This document shows positions 60,537 through 64,000 of a stretch of 64,000 nt of DNA, in pieces (position 1 is the first letter of the stretch; every line of letters starts with the position of its first letter). Both the position numbers and the translations under genes were made by a program. The DNA comes from Octopus vulgaris (taxonomy: Eukaryota), in assembly GCA_951406725.2 (NCBI GenBank), contig OX597816.1, positions 140,492,001 through 140,556,000 on the forward strand. Reading direction: 5' to 3'. The notes beneath the pieces were generated by a model. That model was given only the letters and a program-made list of their open reading frames with translations. It made no database searches and had not been told where the DNA came from.

Positions 60537-61218
60537 TGTAGCGGATCTTGCCTGCATGAGTCGGATTCGGTCCACCATAGCCAAATTTAAATTAACACTG
60601 CTACAGAACTTTTCCTACAATTAAACAATGGTTTTTCTCTGACAGCAGTTTTACATCTTCCAGATGCCTTTAGCTAGGCCGAAATAATGTCTTCACCACT
60701 TGACCCTTTCTAACCTCTTCTACTTCACCAAAAGCTAGAATAGAGATAACAAGACCACCAACTAAATCTATTGTTCTCAATAATATATCTATCCTTCTGG
60801 ATCTTTATATAAGCAAGCACACCCCAAGCAAAAATCGGTTCATCACAGCCATGACAACTCAACGGAGTCTGGTTGACCAGCTAGGGAGAAAGCAACTGTG
60901 AGACAACACCCTACAATTCTCTCTAGCACTAATCCTGTCCCTTACAACATCATTCTATCTCTCTCTGTAATTACTACTACTAAACAATGAAAAGGACACA
61001 TATACAAACTTTACTTCGCATGCTTTTGGATGTATCAAAACCTGCCCGTCTAGGCAAGGTATTGTAACGTAATGGTAAATAAACATTTCCTTAAAACTTC
61101 ATTAATTTTTTTATCTTACACATCCTACAGTATGCAATCATAACAACAACTTTTTATCATCACACCAGCTAACACCGACACCATAATATTGCATACCTAA
61201 TAAATTAAAACGGTTACA
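60537..61218 (+). mobile_element. Solo LTR (682 bp) inserted in a TA-rich microsatellite
   Basis: TGTAG...GTTACA termini; homologous over nearly its full length to 7856-7153. Confidence 0.88.
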
Positions 61219-61240
61219 TATATATATATATATATATATA

Positions 61241-61380
61241 TATTATTAGTGAATGGAATAAATGGAGTTGAACGAAGATTGTACAGAATACCTTTTATTA
61301 CAGAATGTAATTACAGAATGTAATAAAAGGTATTCTGTACAATCTTCGTTCAACTCCATTTATTCCATTCACTAATAATA
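61241..61380. repeat. Perfect hairpin, 62-nt arms, 16-nt loop
   Basis: 61241-61302 is the exact reverse complement of 61319-61380. Confidence 0.97.
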
Positions 61381-61533
61381 TTAAACTTCAATTATCCGCT
61401 CCAACGCACGGTTGCAACACCAAATGGTCTTATCTCCAACCGTGCTGTTTTCCGCTGTGATTTTTGCTACCCAGGTATCGGTTAAACCTTTGAATATTCT
61501 GTTACAAGAAAATTCATCTTTCTATTTCAACAA

Positions 61534-61609
<76 letters not shown>

Positions 61610-62199
61610 ACATATATATGTGCTGCACATTCACACACTTTTCAATGTCTTTGACATGACGTCGGTTGGCCCAGGGCTATAGGAAAAGGCATTTATCCAA
61701 AATGCCACATACTGAGACTGCATCTACTAGACCACACAGTCATGTTTGCATCTATATAAAATACATGTACATTCTATTCATTGGTTATGTTGCATTTTTT
61801 ACATGAAATCATGAGATGTCATTATCTTGACTCCCTGTCAATTCACTTTCATTTTTTAAAAATCAATTTACTTTCACTATAGTGCATATTAATCCCAGTT
61901 GTCCTTTATGAGTGCCAGCCCAGGCAATGTACAGAGCTATAAATAAAAAGACAGCTTTTGAGATGTGCATCATTCATAGATTGGGCAGGATGAACTGAAA
62001 AGCTAGAGTAACAAATGCTGCAGTACTAGAAAAGCTAGATCAAAGGCATTTCTTGTCGACAGTCAAGTCCACAAAGCTATTATAATTTAAAGATACACTG
62101 TACCATGAGTCACTGTCCAAGACCATCTTGACAAGAAGTGCTGGGAAGAAGCGAGCAAGATGCCATCAAAGATTAAACTGAAAACAAGAGCTTGGCTGA

Positions 62200-62445
62200 T
62201 TGTTGTTTCCCAACCACATGGTTCCCGGTTCAGAGCCACTAAATTTGGTAGATGGAAACTGAAAGAAGTTTGTTGTATATATGTGTGTGTGTTGTCCAGT
62301 AACTTAGCGGTTTGGCAAAAGAGACCAGTAGAATAAGCACGAGGCTTAAGATATAAGACTTGAGGTCGATTTGTTCGACTAAAAACCCTCAAGGCGGTGC
62401 TCCAGCATGGCCACGATCAAGTGACGGAAACAAGAAACAAAAGAA
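62200..62445 (+). mobile_element. SINE family A, internally deleted
   Basis: cccaaccacatggttcccggttcag..gatggaaactgaaagaag..aacttagcggtttggcaaaagagacc..cagcatggccac. Confidence 0.8.
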
Positions 62446-62716
62446 ACAGTACAAAACAAGGCAAAGAGAACTAGAGAATCTTGGCAAGCCGCCTCCAGAG
62501 CACTGGGAAGGCACCTGATATATATCATCATCGTCGTCATTTAAAAAGTAAAAGGTAAAGCTTTGTAAAAGGTAAAGCTTTGTAAAAGCTTTGTTGAGTT
62601 AAGTACTGGTTGTCACAAAAGTATTAAAATACATATATAATTTCTTTGATAATAATAAGAAAATGCTAAAAACAGTTTACAAGGAAATATCTGAGAAAAT
62701 ATTAAACAAAACGTAT

Positions 62717-62855
62717 TAGGAGTTCAATAAAAATCATGTTTATTTGGAAGTATCTATATACATACACAGAAAAAAATATAAGGAGTTCAATAAAAATCAT
62801 GTTTGTTTGGTAGTATATATATATACAGAAGGAGATATATTTAGGAGTTTACAAA
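62717..62855. repeat. ~63-bp tandem repeat, 2.2 copies
   Basis: ggagttcaataaaaatcatgttt.tttgg.agtat at 62719 and 62782. Confidence 0.85.
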
Positions 62856-63440
62856 GAATTTGAGATGAACCAACCTGTTTTAGCATATTTTTATTTTGTG
62901 TGAAGCTAAGGGTTGTTTACTATTTTAAGGGACAGTGTGGGAGGTTGGTTGGGGTGGGGGGAAGGAAGAGCAATGTGGAATTGAAAGGATTTTTTGTTTC
63001 TGGGCTAGTCTGTCATGGTTCAGTGGTTTTGGGGACTGTTCTTAGAGGTCAGAATGGTGTGAGTGTGTGTGTCTCTGTGTATATCTCTATGTGTGTGTAC
63101 ATATACATGTGTTTGTGTGTGGGGGCCATTTTTGATTGGTCCCAGAGTTTATTGTGGTGTGTGTATTATCAAAGAATATATATATATATGTATTTTAGTA
63201 GACACCGCAATAAATTGTTGTTGACAAACAACCGCAGAAATTGTATTCACCTCAATAGACGTCATTGATTGGTTGAAATTGCCGAAATGCAAGAAATAGC
63301 TTACAAACTACAGAATTTTCTCAAGAAAGCCAAGAGGAAAAGATGTTTTGTGTAACACATTCTACCAGTATACGAAATTTAAAAGTGTTTAGTTACAAAG
63401 AAATCATTTAAAAAATCTGCCGGTCAAAGTGAAAAGATCC

Positions 63441-63911
63441 AGACTTCCGCCCGTCCACCCCCATAAAAACCACCCTTTAAAAAAATTTTTTTTTTTTTCG
63501 GTTACGGGGAATACGAATCTGGCAAAAATTTGGCAAAAATCGGCATTTTAAAATTACTAACCCCACCACCATTTCCTTCATTTTTTCACTTTTTTCAGAA
63601 ATTTTTTTCTTCAAAATATGCGGAAAAATACGGAGATTTTTCTGAAAAAATTTCCAAAATTTTTATCAAATTATTTTTTAAGAATTTTTTTTTTTCTAAA
63701 TATGCGGAAAAATACGGACATTATGATTCGGACAAACATTTCAAAACATTTATGTAGTTACGGTTAAGGAAAAAAGTTAAAATTGAAGAATTAGGTTAGG
63801 AAAGGGGGGAAAAAATTTTACATTGCCGGTTTTTGGCAATTTTCCGGAACCTGACAAAAAAAAAAGTTTTTAAATAAACAAAATTTAGAGAAAATGGGGG
63901 GGGCGAAGTCT
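63441..63911. mobile_element. Possible young MITE
   Basis: agacttccgccc / gggcgaagtct short inverted ends; internal direct repeat aaatatgcggaaaaatacgga x2; CpG-rich. Confidence 0.5.
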
Positions 63912-64000
63912 TTCCTATGCGTTTCCTACACATTTTTTTTACACCCGTTGCACCATTTTTTTCTGATTTTCGTTTTCAGGTCAAGTTGTAAACATTAACC

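Overview
AT-rich, repeat-dense animal genomic DNA. The SINE, RTE-LINE and microsatellite content suggests a cephalopod, probably Octopus (inference). The window is dominated by one minus-strand gene, HSD17B4 (peroxisomal multifunctional enzyme type 2 / D-bifunctional protein). I traced 22 GT-AG coding exons from the ATG at 58241 down to 2215 (2103 nt, 701 codons, frame continuous). They cover the SDR dehydrogenase, hydratase-2 and most of the SCP2 domain; the last exon appears to lie left of the window. Nearly all short ORFs in the supplied track are spurious or transposon debris. The introns and upstream flank carry RTE, R4/Dong, CR1-group and L1/Tx1 LINE remnants, a mariner remnant, hAT/piggyBac/mariner-type MITEs, three tRNA-SINE families and a non-coding LTR family. 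The most unusual structures are: (i) an LTR flanked by both a PPT and an array of four LTR-end+PBS modules; (ii) decayed minimal hammerhead-ribozyme motifs repeated at 346 bp (retrozyme/Penelope-like); (iii) several long hairpins and inverted repeats, most of them inside the pre-mRNA; (iv) a 5.4-kb hAT-bounded nest of insertions; (v) a PHD-like finger inside an RTE reverse transcriptase.
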